64,000 nucleotides of DNA from Candidatus Bathyarchaeia archaeon (GTDB lineage Archaea; Thermoproteota; Bathyarchaeia; Bathyarchaeales; Bathyarchaeaceae), in contig DATETJ010000002.1 in NCBI GenBank assembly GCA_035283685.1, positions 421,362 to 485,361 of the forward strand, in the 5' to 3' direction. Shown here piece by piece: positions 9,565 through 18,514 of this stretch. A program made the position numbers and the translations under genes. Numbering within the stretch: the stretch's first letter is position 1; each line of letters begins with the position of its first letter. Under the pieces are notes generated by a model that searched no databases, was not told the DNA's origin, and saw nothing but the letters and a program-made list of their open reading frames with translations.

Positions 9565-10452
9565 TCATTCTTTTGGGCTTTTGCGCTTGTGCTTCATTTC
9601 CTGCAATACTGTGTCGCGTAGCTTCTGTGCATCAATGTCTAGGTTGGGAGTCTCACAAGCGACAACCGGGTTCAGGCCGCGTTCAACTATGAGTTTTGCC
9701 AGAAACTTGAAATCCGGTCCATATTCACCTTCATCTATGTTGTGATGTCGCCTCTCGCCCTTATCTGTAAACTCTATATGGCTGTAATGGCAGTGAAGAT
9801 TCCGTAAGGCTTCTGCGCCCAGCTTCTTTTCGATTTCGTCCATGACTTTGCCCAAGTCTTCGATTGTCTTGAATCTTCCGCGCTCCCTCGCATGCAAGTG
9901 CGCCCAGTCAACGTTAGGTTCGGTTAAGTCAACATTTTCACACAAGGCCAACACCTCTTCAACGCTGCCAAACTGAGACGGTTTGCCCATCATTTCAGGA
10001 GCTAGGTGCACTTTTGTGATTCCCATTGAGCGCATCGTTTCGACGACTTCTTTCATCGCTTTGGCGCAGATTTCAAACACATGTTTCGGAGGTCTACCAG
10101 CATATGAGCCGGGATGAAAGACTACTACATGTGCGCCCATCCAGCTGGCGCCTTGGACGCAGGCTAATAGTCGCCTTTTGCTTGCTTCGAGTTTTTCCTT
10201 GTCTGGCGAGGTTAAGTTGATGAAGTAGGAGCCGTGGGCTGTTAACCAAATGTCATGCTCAACTGCTCTTCTGCCCAGCTCTTCAGCCGTCTCCTGTTTG
10301 ATTTGAGGTTTTGGTCCCCAACGCACCATTTCGTATTCAAAAGAGTCTAGGTTTTCAGCCCTTAGGTATCGCGGCATCTCGGTCACAGGTTGCTTCAGAA
10401 GCTTAAATCCCAGCGGCATACCTGCTGGACCGAAACGGGGGTGATCAGCCAC
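9565..10452 (-). CDS. AP endonuclease family 2 / endonuclease IV-like TIM-barrel protein
   Basis: 295 aa. The metal-ligand pattern is HGSYFINL, VVFHPGS, APEMMG, DWAHLHA and HCHYSHIEF. Confidence 0.7.
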   Translation of the reverse strand: MADHPRFGPAGMPLGFKLLKQPVTEMPRYLRAENLDSFEYEMVRWGPKPQIKQETAEELGRRAVEHDIWLTAHGSYFINLTSPDKEKLEASKRRLLACVQGASWMGAHVVVFHPGSYAGRPPKHVFEICAKAMKEVVETMRSMGITKVHLAPEMMGKPSQFGSVEEVLALCENVDLTEPNVDWAHLHARERGRFKTIEDLGKVMDEIEKKLGAEALRNLHCHYSHIEFTDKGERRHHNIDEGEYGPDFKFLAKLIVERGLNPVVACETPNLDIDAQKLRDTVLQEMKHKRKSPKE

Positions 10453-10525
10453 TCAGAACGCGCGCTCCACACGGCTAACTTATCTTTTTTAACGAGGAGT
10501 AAACTTATGAATTGCTTGCTTCTGG

Positions 10526-11398
10526 CTACCGTCCTTTTACTCGACGACGATGACGGGTGGAAACATATGTTCCATATACAAGTGCAAGTATGGCAGGTGT
10601 CCACGCGGCTAGGTTCTGACTCACAGCGTACTTGCCCACAACGTCTAACTGGAAAATAGGTCGTGTGATGGATGTTCCTGTAACTTCAAGTGAATGCCTG
10701 AAACCTGGGGCTCCTTGAATTAAAGCGTTGGTAATAGATGCTCCCAAGTCGCCTATGGGTTGGACAGCCATGCTGACTCCGCGGAGCCATTGGCCAGTGC
10801 CTGAGACAAAGTCAACCAGTGCAGGAGAACCTCTGTAAAGATTCAATGTCACATAATAGATCAGGCTTGGGTATTCAACTAGGAAAAGCCCTAAGGCGAT
10901 CGACCCGAAGATGAACAGAATTGTTATGGCGCTTTTAGCCGCACTTTGAGAGTAGGATAGACGCCGTGAAACGGATGAAATTCCCGGCAGCTTCCCCATT
11001 CCAGTCCTCAAAGATGTGCCGAACCGTTGGATTCTTCGGCTCAGTTTTCTCCAGAAACGCTTCGCTGACTTGAATCTTCCAGTTTCCTGTGCGTGTCGAG
11101 TTGGCGGCGGAAGGCGTCTGGTAGTTCCCTGTCGAGTAATGAAGATCGCGGATTTTGTCATGTATGACCAGCTTGCTAACAGAACAATGATTACGCTGAG
11201 GGGAAAGATGTGGAAAATGAGGCTCACAGATGCCGTAAATGACCAGTTCGTGCCTGGAACGAGTAAGGTTGAGGTCCAAGCGTTTGAATCAGATAGACCC
11301 AGCGTCTGAAACGCGGAGATCAGCAGAACTTCGAATGTTACGCCTATGATAAAGAATAGAATCAAGGCAGCTGAGTTTCTTGGTGCAATCCATTTCAA
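10526..11398 (-). CDS. Polytopic membrane protein, unknown function
   Basis: 290-aa ORF with several TM helices and a basic loop. No family recognised. Confidence 0.5.
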   Translation of the reverse strand: MKWIAPRNSAALILFFIIGVTFEVLLISAFQTLGLSDSNAWTSTLLVPGTNWSFTASVSLIFHIFPLSVIIVLLASWSYMTKSAIFITRQGTTRRLPPPTRHAQETGRFKSAKRFWRKLSRRIQRFGTSLRTGMGKLPGISSVSRRLSYSQSAAKSAITILFIFGSIALGLFLVEYPSLIYYVTLNLYRGSPALVDFVSGTGQWLRGVSMAVQPIGDLGASITNALIQGAPGFRHSLEVTGTSITRPIFQLDVVGKYAVSQNLAAWTPAILALVYGTYVSTRHRRRVKGR

Positions 11399-11523
11399 TG
11401 GCAGGTATCTCCCTTCAATTGCGTCCTATATTCACATACTACCATGGATTTTGGGTCTTATTTGTGTAAAGCATTCGTGTACTTAAGCCAATTGGATACT
11501 GCATACCCTTTCGGCAGTGCTTC

Positions 11524-12795
11524 TTATGGCAGGAAGAGCACCACAAGCCCAGCGGCTAACGGCATAGTCAAGTTGTCATTTAGCGGGGCTGGAAGAGTTT
11601 CAACAATCATTGCGGTCGCTGCCCCAACAACGGCTTTCAACGGGTTCACAAAGACCAATGCCCCGAGCAACGCGAATATGAAGCCGAATACTGTTCCCTC
11701 GACTTTCTTGCCTTTGTTATAAGGGAAAACATGTGTGCCAATGGTTTTTCCGAAGATTGTGGCGAAGCCGTCGCCCAAGGCGAATATTGCGATGGATGCG
11801 TAGCTGACAGGTACGGGGAACAAGAGCAGAGCGAGCATTATGCCAAACGCGAAGAAGATTGGCGCAGTGACGAACTCATAGACTTCCGGGTGTAAGGCGG
11901 CATTCCATGTTATTGTCGACACGATCGGGATGTTTACTCCCAGCATTCTGGATAGTTCGGATACGATGTAAGTCAGCGTAACCATTAATATGACAAACGC
12001 GACCCAGAAATGACTCAACGAGAACCACATCGTAAACAGTGCGACCAGGAAACCTGAAATGTGGATGTTTTCGCGCAGCAGATCTCTTTTCGAAACTGAA
12101 TGCAGCTTGGGCGCGGAATCCTCGGTCAAGGTTGGAAGAATCTCTCTTAGGTCACCTTTGACAACGATGTCTGATTTGTAAGTTAAGAGGAAGTCTGGAT
12201 TGTAGCCAATTCTGATGGAGCATAGGTTAAACATGGGGTAGTTGTTTCGATCGTCTGCAACTAAGACACAGTTTTGGGGGGTTAAGGCTTCTTTTTTCAT
12301 TATGTCCTGCAGCACTAGCGCTTTGCCTCTGGCCTTGATGACATCGCCGCTGATTTTCCCTGTTAATCGTCCATCAGCGACCTCGGGTTCAAAGCCGTAG
12401 GCGTAGTCGCAGTCTAATTTAGCTGCCAAGTCCTCGATGAAGGCTTGGGGCAGACCAGAACTTATCAGTGCGATTTTGAACTCAGCCTGTTTCAATCGGT
12501 GAAAAACCTCTTTCACGCCGGGTATCAGTGGAATTCTTTTGAAAAGCTGGAGCAAATCGTCTGCGGCTAATCCGTGCAGTTGTCGATAGATTCCGCGCAA
12601 CGCTGTTTCCAACGGAGTCAATCCTGCTTCGTAGAGAAGTCCTGCCCACAGCATTTTTATGAAGCTTGAGATGCTGACTCGTCGCGATGCTTCGAAGAGG
12701 AGGTAGCGTCGTTTGGGGATTACTATTCCTTCGACGTCGAAGACGATTAGGCGTCGATTTCTCTGTTGAGTTGGCTGAGTTACTGTTGTTGCCAC
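11524..12795 (-). CDS. Fusion protein: HAD-superfamily (PSP-like) hydrolase + polyprenol/dolichol kinase-CTP transferase-family membrane domain
   Basis: The N-terminus has HAD motif I (VFDVEGIV) and later VADDRNN. The C-terminal TM domain has ALGDGFATIFGKTIG...KKVEGT, typical of the dolichol kinase/phytol kinase/CdsA superfamily. Confidence 0.65.
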   Translation of the reverse strand: MATTVTQPTQQRNRRLIVFDVEGIVIPKRRYLLFEASRRVSISSFIKMLWAGLLYEAGLTPLETALRGIYRQLHGLAADDLLQLFKRIPLIPGVKEVFHRLKQAEFKIALISSGLPQAFIEDLAAKLDCDYAYGFEPEVADGRLTGKISGDVIKARGKALVLQDIMKKEALTPQNCVLVADDRNNYPMFNLCSIRIGYNPDFLLTYKSDIVVKGDLREILPTLTEDSAPKLHSVSKRDLLRENIHISGFLVALFTMWFSLSHFWVAFVILMVTLTYIVSELSRMLGVNIPIVSTITWNAALHPEVYEFVTAPIFFAFGIMLALLLFPVPVSYASIAIFALGDGFATIFGKTIGTHVFPYNKGKKVEGTVFGFIFALLGALVFVNPLKAVVGAATAMIVETLPAPLNDNLTMPLAAGLVVLFLP

Positions 12796-12837
12796 ATGGT
12801 TGTCCTCTGAGGTTAGAGAATGCTGCGAATTTGATTC

Positions 12838-13062
12838 TTATATTCTGTATGTGCTGGGGCTTTTGCCGTATTTCGTATAGGCGTTGGGCTGTTGTCCCGG
12901 AAGAGGGAACTCGTGTCCGCATTTTGGGCACTTAGCCTTGTTGCATTGAACGACTGATGCGCAGCCGCCGCAGGCAAAAGCTCTGCCGTAGCTTATGTCG
13001 AATCTGAAGCTGCATTTTGGACAGCTAACTATATTTCTTCCTTGCGCCATGTCCTGATGCAC
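12838..13062 (-). CDS. Small double zinc-ribbon protein
   Basis: 74 aa with four CxxC pairs: CPKC, CGGC, C..C and CPKC. Confidence 0.5.
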   Translation of the reverse strand: MHQDMAQGRNIVSCPKCSFRFDISYGRAFACGGCASVVQCNKAKCPKCGHEFPLPGQQPNAYTKYGKSPSTYRI

Positions 13063-13245
13063 TCTGTTTTCTAGGGCTTTTAAGACGGTTGGCGTGTGTT
13101 AAAAATGTTGTTGAAACGGCTACGGCTGAAACTGTGTGGAAGAAGAAGGCGCCATACCCTTAAGGCCTTCTTCTACAATGTTGCTGGAGAGTATGCATGG
13201 ATCATGGCGGTAGCGTTTTCCGCCTATTTCTTTCTTGTTGGTGGT

Positions 13246-13860
13246 TTATGTGCAGGGTTTTTCTCGTCGTTGCATCAGGATGCTGTAGAAGAATCTTGTG
13301 GAGCCGTTGCCTTCAACGGATCCAAAATGATCTAGGCTTATGAATCGGAATCTTCCAGCGAAATAACGGGCAAGTCGTTCCTTGGTGAAGTGGTTCCACG
13401 CTACTCCGTTTCTGTCGCTGAAGCAAGTGAGCTGGTAATGGGCTTTTGGCTTCAGGACTTGGCAAATGCCGCGAATGAACTCTTTTCTGTCTTCGATTTC
13501 GACGTGGTGGAAGCAACCCATGTCGAACACAAAGTCAAATGCTGCTTCTTTAAATGGCAACGTGACAAAGCTTGCCAATGCAAACTGAATGTCAACTCTT
13601 GCCTTTCGTGATTTCTGTTTTGCGAGTTTAAGGGCGTGTTTGGAAATGTCAATTGCCACGGCTTGAAAGCCTTTCTCAGCCATGTATACTGTATTGGTTC
13701 CAGTTCCACAGCATAGATCCAGCGACTTTCCAAGCTTGACCGTGCCACTTTCGATCAAGTCGACCAGAGTTTTTCTTGGTCTACCGAGTTCCCAGGGTAG
13801 TACCTCAGCGGGATACTCTCTGTAGACAAGGTTCCAGTCCTTGTAGCTGGAATCCGTCAA
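13246..13860 (-). CDS. Class I SAM-dependent methyltransferase
   Basis: 204 aa with motif I LDLCCGTGTNTVYMA and a post-I acidic residue (AIDIS). Confidence 0.8.
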   Translation of the reverse strand: MTDSSYKDWNLVYREYPAEVLPWELGRPRKTLVDLIESGTVKLGKSLDLCCGTGTNTVYMAEKGFQAVAIDISKHALKLAKQKSRKARVDIQFALASFVTLPFKEAAFDFVFDMGCFHHVEIEDRKEFIRGICQVLKPKAHYQLTCFSDRNGVAWNHFTKERLARYFAGRFRFISLDHFGSVEGNGSTRFFYSILMQRREKPCT

Positions 13861-13947
13861 TGCTTAGACCCTTGAGGAAGTCTGTCTAAGATATCCATTT
13901 CTAAACCTAAGGGAGAATGGAACAGATAAAGAAAGGGGTTTTATGGT

Positions 13948-14280
13948 TTAATGGCAGCCGCCGTTTCCCATGGTTTGCATGCCGTCTGTGCCCATGTGGT
14001 CAGAGTTCATCGTATTGCCATGATTGGAATTGCCCATCATCGAGCCGCCCATCGAGCTGTGATGGTCAGAGTTGTGCATTTCTGCCATCATGGATTCACA
14101 TTGCTCGGCTGTCATGTTCTGCATCATGCTTTCGCATTGCTCTTCAGACATCCCGTTATGTGCGCCGTTGCGTTGTTGGGTCATCATGTTGTTAGCGTAG
14201 GTTGCGGTTGCGGCAGTGGCTATGAAGGCTAGGACTATTACGGATAAGACGACTGCAAGTGTTGTGGTCTTCATTTTCAT
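13948..14280 (-). CDS. Secreted Met/His-rich small protein (putative copper/metal-binding)
   Basis: 110 aa with an N-terminal signal/TM segment. It then has the repeated EQCESMM motif and dense M/H runs (HNSDHHSSMGGSMMGNSNHGNTMNSDHMGTDGMQTMG). Confidence 0.6.
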   Translation of the reverse strand: MKMKTTTLAVVLSVIVLAFIATAATATYANNMMTQQRNGAHNGMSEEQCESMMQNMTAEQCESMMAEMHNSDHHSSMGGSMMGNSNHGNTMNSDHMGTDGMQTMGNGGCH

Positions 14281-14397
14281 GTTACCTCCCGTTGTGTGTT
14301 CTCAACATAGTATATATGTGAAGGTTCTGTTAAGGGTTTTTCCAAGAAATAAGCGTAATTTATGCTTGTTTTCCAGAGAATCCGTTCCAAAGCGTTT

Positions 14398-14946
14398 CTA
14401 GGCGTTTTTAGACTCAGAAACGAGTTTATCTGACAGTTTTATCCAATAAGTCCATTTGTGCTTCTGCCGAGTGATAACGCCCATTGTCTCAAGGCTCTTA
14501 ACCAACTTGCTCACAGTAGCCTTGGAGAAATCTGATTTTTCAGGAAGATCGCTCTGCAAGATCTCACCACCAGCCTTGACAACTTCGTTGACTATGCGCC
14601 GCTCATCATACGTTAATGTGGGTCTAACCAGCTCCAAAGCCTTTCTAAGCTGGTTCGTCTTGGTCGCGGGTTTTTCAACTTCCTGAATTGTGATTTCTGC
14701 CGGGGGGTTCACTATTGGCTGAGTGGGCTGAACTGGTGCAGGTGTTGTTGACGGTGCTCTACGACCCGGGCGTGTTAACAGAAAAAGCGGCACTGTTACA
14801 GCCAAAATCAGAACGACCGCAAAGAGAGCAATCCACACCCACATATCCGCCATGTTCATGGGCATACCCATCTGCAAGGCTGATTTCTGCGTAACGACTT
14901 GAAAGCCGAGCATGGCTGACAGCGAGACCAGCGATGTTATTTCCAT
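14398..14946 (-). CDS. Membrane-anchored winged-helix (MarR/TrmB-like) DNA-binding protein
   Basis: 182 aa with N-terminal TM helices, a Pro-rich linker and a C-terminal wHTH (ILQSDLPEKSDFSKATVSKLVKSLETMGVITR). Confidence 0.6.
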   Translation of the reverse strand: MEITSLVSLSAMLGFQVVTQKSALQMGMPMNMADMWVWIALFAVVLILAVTVPLFLLTRPGRRAPSTTPAPVQPTQPIVNPPAEITIQEVEKPATKTNQLRKALELVRPTLTYDERRIVNEVVKAGGEILQSDLPEKSDFSKATVSKLVKSLETMGVITRQKHKWTYWIKLSDKLVSESKNA

Positions 14947-15139
14947 TCCAATCAGAAAACTATGCCATCCCGTGACTAATTAACCCTTCTCGCGTAACAA
15001 TCCAATCCCCCCTCAAGCCAATCTTTCAGTGGTTGGTACGAGTTCTCTAGAAGTTTGTTTCAGAAATGATTATTAAAAGCGATTGATGAGTAGATTTGGA
15101 AAAGATTATGGAGAAAACTACGATGAGGTCGAGGAAAAA

Positions 15140-16504
15140 ATGAAGAGTGCAATATATGTTACCGTGGTAGCGATCGTTCTTTCATTTGTGCTAGTTACTT
15201 CAACTGTTGCGCGGCCGCCTATGTTGCTTCCTCGCAGAGGAACATGGGACGCTGATACCATAAACGTCGAATCACTCTTTTCTCAGGGAGACACTGGTGA
15301 AGGAGTGCACGTTGCGGTTCTGGACACAGGGCTAGTTCCCAACTGGCGCGACTACTTCCCTAGCGACAGAATAGCGGCACATTTAGGCAAAGGCTTCCGA
15401 GAGCCCGTGCATGTTGACCCAGTAAGTGGCGAGCTTGTCGAAGCAGGCTTTGTCGAAGAAACTTCTTGGGTGGGCTCAACTCTGTCTTCGCATGGAACAC
15501 ATGTGACGAGCACTATCATTGGCTACAATTATTATGCTCCAGCGGATGCAGCCTCTGGTTTGCCGCTTCCACCACTTTACATCGAAGGGATAGCACCAAA
15601 AGCGACTGTAATCCCAGTCAAAGTGTTGAGTACGTATAATCTGCCGCCCTACACGGGGCCGGAGGGTCTAGTCTTTGGCACTTGGGGAGCTGTGGCTGCA
15701 GGCATCTACTACGCAACCGAGCTGAAAATACAGGGTTATAGCCCAATGGTTATTTCAATGAGTCTTGGCGGTGGCGAGCCTTCGCCCGAGATAGAGATTT
15801 CGATCGACTATGCCATAGCTAATGGCGTCATCGTTGTCGCTGCGGCAGGCAATGATGGACTAGAGGGAATGGATTGGCCGGGCGCTTATCCACAGGTGAT
15901 ATCAGCTGGTGCAAGCGGATGGAAGTACGAATGGTATTGGCCGAATCTGACACCGCCTAACCCGCCGTCAGTACCAAGATATAGGCTCTGGTGGCTTCAA
16001 GACCAGACATATGGGTTCAATGACATCGCTGAACCGACACCTGCGTCAGATGTTTACGTCACTGACTTTAGTGGCAGAGAAAACGACACTAGACTCGGAT
16101 TCTTCGTAGATCAAGAACTCGATGTGCTTGCTCCTGGAAGTTGGGTTAGAGGGCCGTTCCCAGGCTATCCAAGCTATCAGCATCTTCCGTGGTGGGCTCC
16201 CGGAAACGGCTGGATTGTGGCTCCTCCGAACCTAGTGAACTTCTTCTATGCAGGCGGCACAAGTATGGCGACGCCGCACGTGTCGGCTGTCGCAGCTTTG
16301 ATGTTGCAGAAGAATCCAACATTGACGCAGGCGCAAGTCGAGGGCATTCTAAAGAGCACGGCTTTGCCCGTTCCACAGAACACTTGGATGATTGTGTTTG
16401 ACATTTCACCAACTCTAGGCTTTTACAATAGAACATGGGGCGGGTTTGAAGCTACAGGCTCAGGTCTTATACAAGCCGACGCAGCAGTTGCAGCAGTTCC
16501 GTAG
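15140..16504 (+). CDS. Subtilisin-like serine protease (peptidase S8), secreted
   Basis: The catalytic triad motifs are VAVLDTGL (Asp), HGTHVTSTI (His) and GGTSMATPHVSAVAAL (Ser). The likely start is MKSAIYV (15140), after a GAGG-like RBS; the track ORF starts at 15083. Confidence 0.85.
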   Translation: MKSAIYVTVVAIVLSFVLVTSTVARPPMLLPRRGTWDADTINVESLFSQGDTGEGVHVAVLDTGLVPNWRDYFPSDRIAAHLGKGFREPVHVDPVSGELVEAGFVEETSWVGSTLSSHGTHVTSTIIGYNYYAPADAASGLPLPPLYIEGIAPKATVIPVKVLSTYNLPPYTGPEGLVFGTWGAVAAGIYYATELKIQGYSPMVISMSLGGGEPSPEIEISIDYAIANGVIVVAAAGNDGLEGMDWPGAYPQVISAGASGWKYEWYWPNLTPPNPPSVPRYRLWWLQDQTYGFNDIAEPTPASDVYVTDFSGRENDTRLGFFVDQELDVLAPGSWVRGPFPGYPSYQHLPWWAPGNGWIVAPPNLVNFFYAGGTSMATPHVSAVAALMLQKNPTLTQAQVEGILKSTALPVPQNTWMIVFDISPTLGFYNRTWGGFEATGSGLIQADAAVAAVP

Positions 16505-16668
16505 CATTCGACCAATACAAAGCCCTGCATCTTCATTTCCCCCTCTTTTATCATTCCTATAATTGAAAGGGCCATAGTCATAGCAGTCCAAAATTCATGT
16601 CCGGTGTTCTAGATTCTACCGCTCACTACAAAGTCTTCAACACGGATATTCATTCCAGATAATATTGT

Positions 16669-16809
16669 TGGCGCCGGGTGTGGGATTTGAACCCACGCGA
16701 CCCTTTCGGGTCACAGGCTACCTGTTGTTCCTAGTTTTTGTGACTCCAGGCTTGAGCTTAAGCTGTGCCCCATGCCTAACTGCTCCCTACCAGACTAGGA
16801 GAACCCGGC
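16669..16809 (-). tRNA. Intron-containing tRNA (141 nt including encoded CCA); best model is class II tRNA-Ser(GGA) with two introns
   Basis: On the minus strand the acceptor stem is GCCGGGT/ACCCGGC. The D-arm is TCCT-AGTCTGGTA-GGGA and the T-arm is GTGGG-TTCAAAT-CCCAC. The discriminator is G, followed by CCA. The gene is about 52 nt longer than the 89-nt mature class II model. In my model the anticodon stem CAG|GC pairs with GCCTG and the loop is CTGGAG|A. The variable arm is GACCC-GAAA-GGGTC. The putative introns lie at 16752-16779 (non-canonical, within the anticodon stem) and 16720-16743 (position 37/38). Confidence 0.85.
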
Positions 16810-16863
16810 GTTTCCATGACTTGATTTACGAATGAAGAGAGTACGTGTTTAAAGGTTTTGAGT

Positions 16864-17880
16864 TTAGTGGCTGGTTTTGCTCCACATTTTTGGATAGACG
16901 CCGCGTGGCATCAGCACTCGTGCGGTTTTCGTGATGATGCCGCGGTTCAGCTCAAGTGCCTCTTCTGCTGAAACCGTTGCTCTAGCTAAAGCGACAGCCT
17001 CTCCCTTCTGTGTCATAACCGCTACTGTGTCTTTGGGTTTGATGTCTGAGTCTAAGGCTAACACACCTGGAGCGGCAAGGTTGGCTCCGTGGCATATTGC
17101 GTCGATGGCTGAGTCTCGGATAATTATTTTTGGCAAAGGGTCCAGCGCTTTCTCCATGGGTTGGACAAATCGGCGTAGCGTTGACGCGTCCTTTGTCTGT
17201 TGCCACAAGTCTTGGTAATACGCAACGTCATGCAAAGTAACCAAGCTGTTGTTTTCTGTGAAAGGCCCAGCTCTTGTCCGCCTCAGCTCTTGCATGTGAG
17301 CGCCTACGCCCAAAGCCTCGCCCATGTCATAGCAGAGCTTGCGTATGTAAGTGCCTGCTTCGCAGCCCACTTGAAACAGCACATTCTTGTTACTGGTTTC
17401 TAACAGGTTGAGGTAGTAGATTTTTCTTATGCGTAGTTGCCGTTTAACCGAAGCCCGAACAGGCGGAAGCTGATAGATTGGACCTGTGAACTCTTCAAAC
17501 GCTGATTTGACGCTGGTCTCAGACGAGTCTCGATGAAGCCGCATTACACAAACATATTCCTTGCCTGAAAGAAGCAAGGCTTGAACGACTTTGGTGGCTT
17601 CCTCCAAGGTTACGGGTAATATGCCGGTTACTTTGGGGTCTAGAGTGCCGCCGTGTCCTGCATGTGTTAGACCTAAGAGCCGTTTAACCCACGCTGTAAC
17701 CTCGTGGCTGCTTGGACCTGACGGTTTGTCTAGGTTTATGACTCCAAACCGCGTGTAGTCTTCAGGCGAGCGATCTTGGGGTTTGCAGCCGAAGCTTAGG
17801 TCGGTTTCCTCTTCAGCCTTAACGAGTAACGTGCGTTTGATCTCCCACGGCGCAACCAGTTTGGGCATTCTTCGGGTCAC
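16864..17880 (-). CDS. cbf5: H/ACA RNP pseudouridine synthase Cbf5 (TruB family with PUA domain)
   Basis: 338 aa. It has the catalytic motif GHGGTLDPKVTG and a C-terminal PUA-like region, as in archaeal Cbf5. Confidence 0.9.
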   Translation of the reverse strand: MTRRMPKLVAPWEIKRTLLVKAEEETDLSFGCKPQDRSPEDYTRFGVINLDKPSGPSSHEVTAWVKRLLGLTHAGHGGTLDPKVTGILPVTLEEATKVVQALLLSGKEYVCVMRLHRDSSETSVKSAFEEFTGPIYQLPPVRASVKRQLRIRKIYYLNLLETSNKNVLFQVGCEAGTYIRKLCYDMGEALGVGAHMQELRRTRAGPFTENNSLVTLHDVAYYQDLWQQTKDASTLRRFVQPMEKALDPLPKIIIRDSAIDAICHGANLAAPGVLALDSDIKPKDTVAVMTQKGEAVALARATVSAEEALELNRGIITKTARVLMPRGVYPKMWSKTSH

Positions 17881-18078
17881 TTGCTTTTGGAAGTCTGATG
17901 CTAAAGACGTTAATAGACTTAGTGTTAATGGAGTTTGACACTGAGTTCGTGCTGGAAGAGTTTAGCCATAGACTTAGCAGATCGTGCTGCTTAAGAAAAC
18001 AGATGCGAAAAGATTAAGGCAGAAGAAGGGAGAAGGGTTGGTCGAGAGGGCTAAAAATCTTTCGGGCGCATCGCCTTC

Positions 18079-18318
18079 CTACTTCGTAATTCTCCTAAAG
18101 AGGGATGTTGCTTGGACTTTTGCTTTCAGTAGCTGCTTTAATGTGGCGTTGCTGACTTTGTAGTACGCCACGAGGAGCGTCAATTTGGGGCTCCGCCTTA
18201 TCAGCTTCGTTTTCCACAGAGTCTCGATTTTATCGACTTTTCGTTGGCGTCGCGCAACCACAGACCAAACATCCACATACATTCTACTCGACCTCATTCC
18301 CTCAACAGCTGGCAGCAA
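18079..18318 (-). CDS. Hypothetical small basic protein (weak call)
   Basis: 79-aa K/R-rich ORF in an otherwise empty 630-bp gap. It has no recognisable motif and may be non-coding. Confidence 0.3.
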   Translation of the reverse strand: MLPAVEGMRSSRMYVDVWSVVARRQRKVDKIETLWKTKLIRRSPKLTLLVAYYKVSNATLKQLLKAKVQATSLFRRITK

Positions 18319-18514
18319 GATTAACTATATAGGAAGACTTAATATAGCAGTTGTTTCAGACTCCGCAACGTTTCCAAAACAGAAAATTCCCATTTCGACA
18401 TATATCCCAAAAGAGTCACATCAATGATGGAAGAAAGCGGCGAGTCCCTGTTTAGAAGAAGAAAGCAGATACCCCTTAAGACACCTTCTACCACATTTCT
18501 GATGGAGCTGTCCT

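Noticed and set aside
13096-13335. 79-aa + strand ORF between the zinc-ribbon and methyltransferase genes
   Set aside because: Its 3' end overlaps the 3' end of the methyltransferase gene on the opposite strand. It is R/L/C-rich with no motif or RBS.
17893-17945. Possible C/D-box sRNA next to cbf5 (TGATGC ... CTGA about 50 nt apart)
   Set aside because: The C box is imperfect. There are no clear C'/D' boxes and no terminal stem flanking the boxes.
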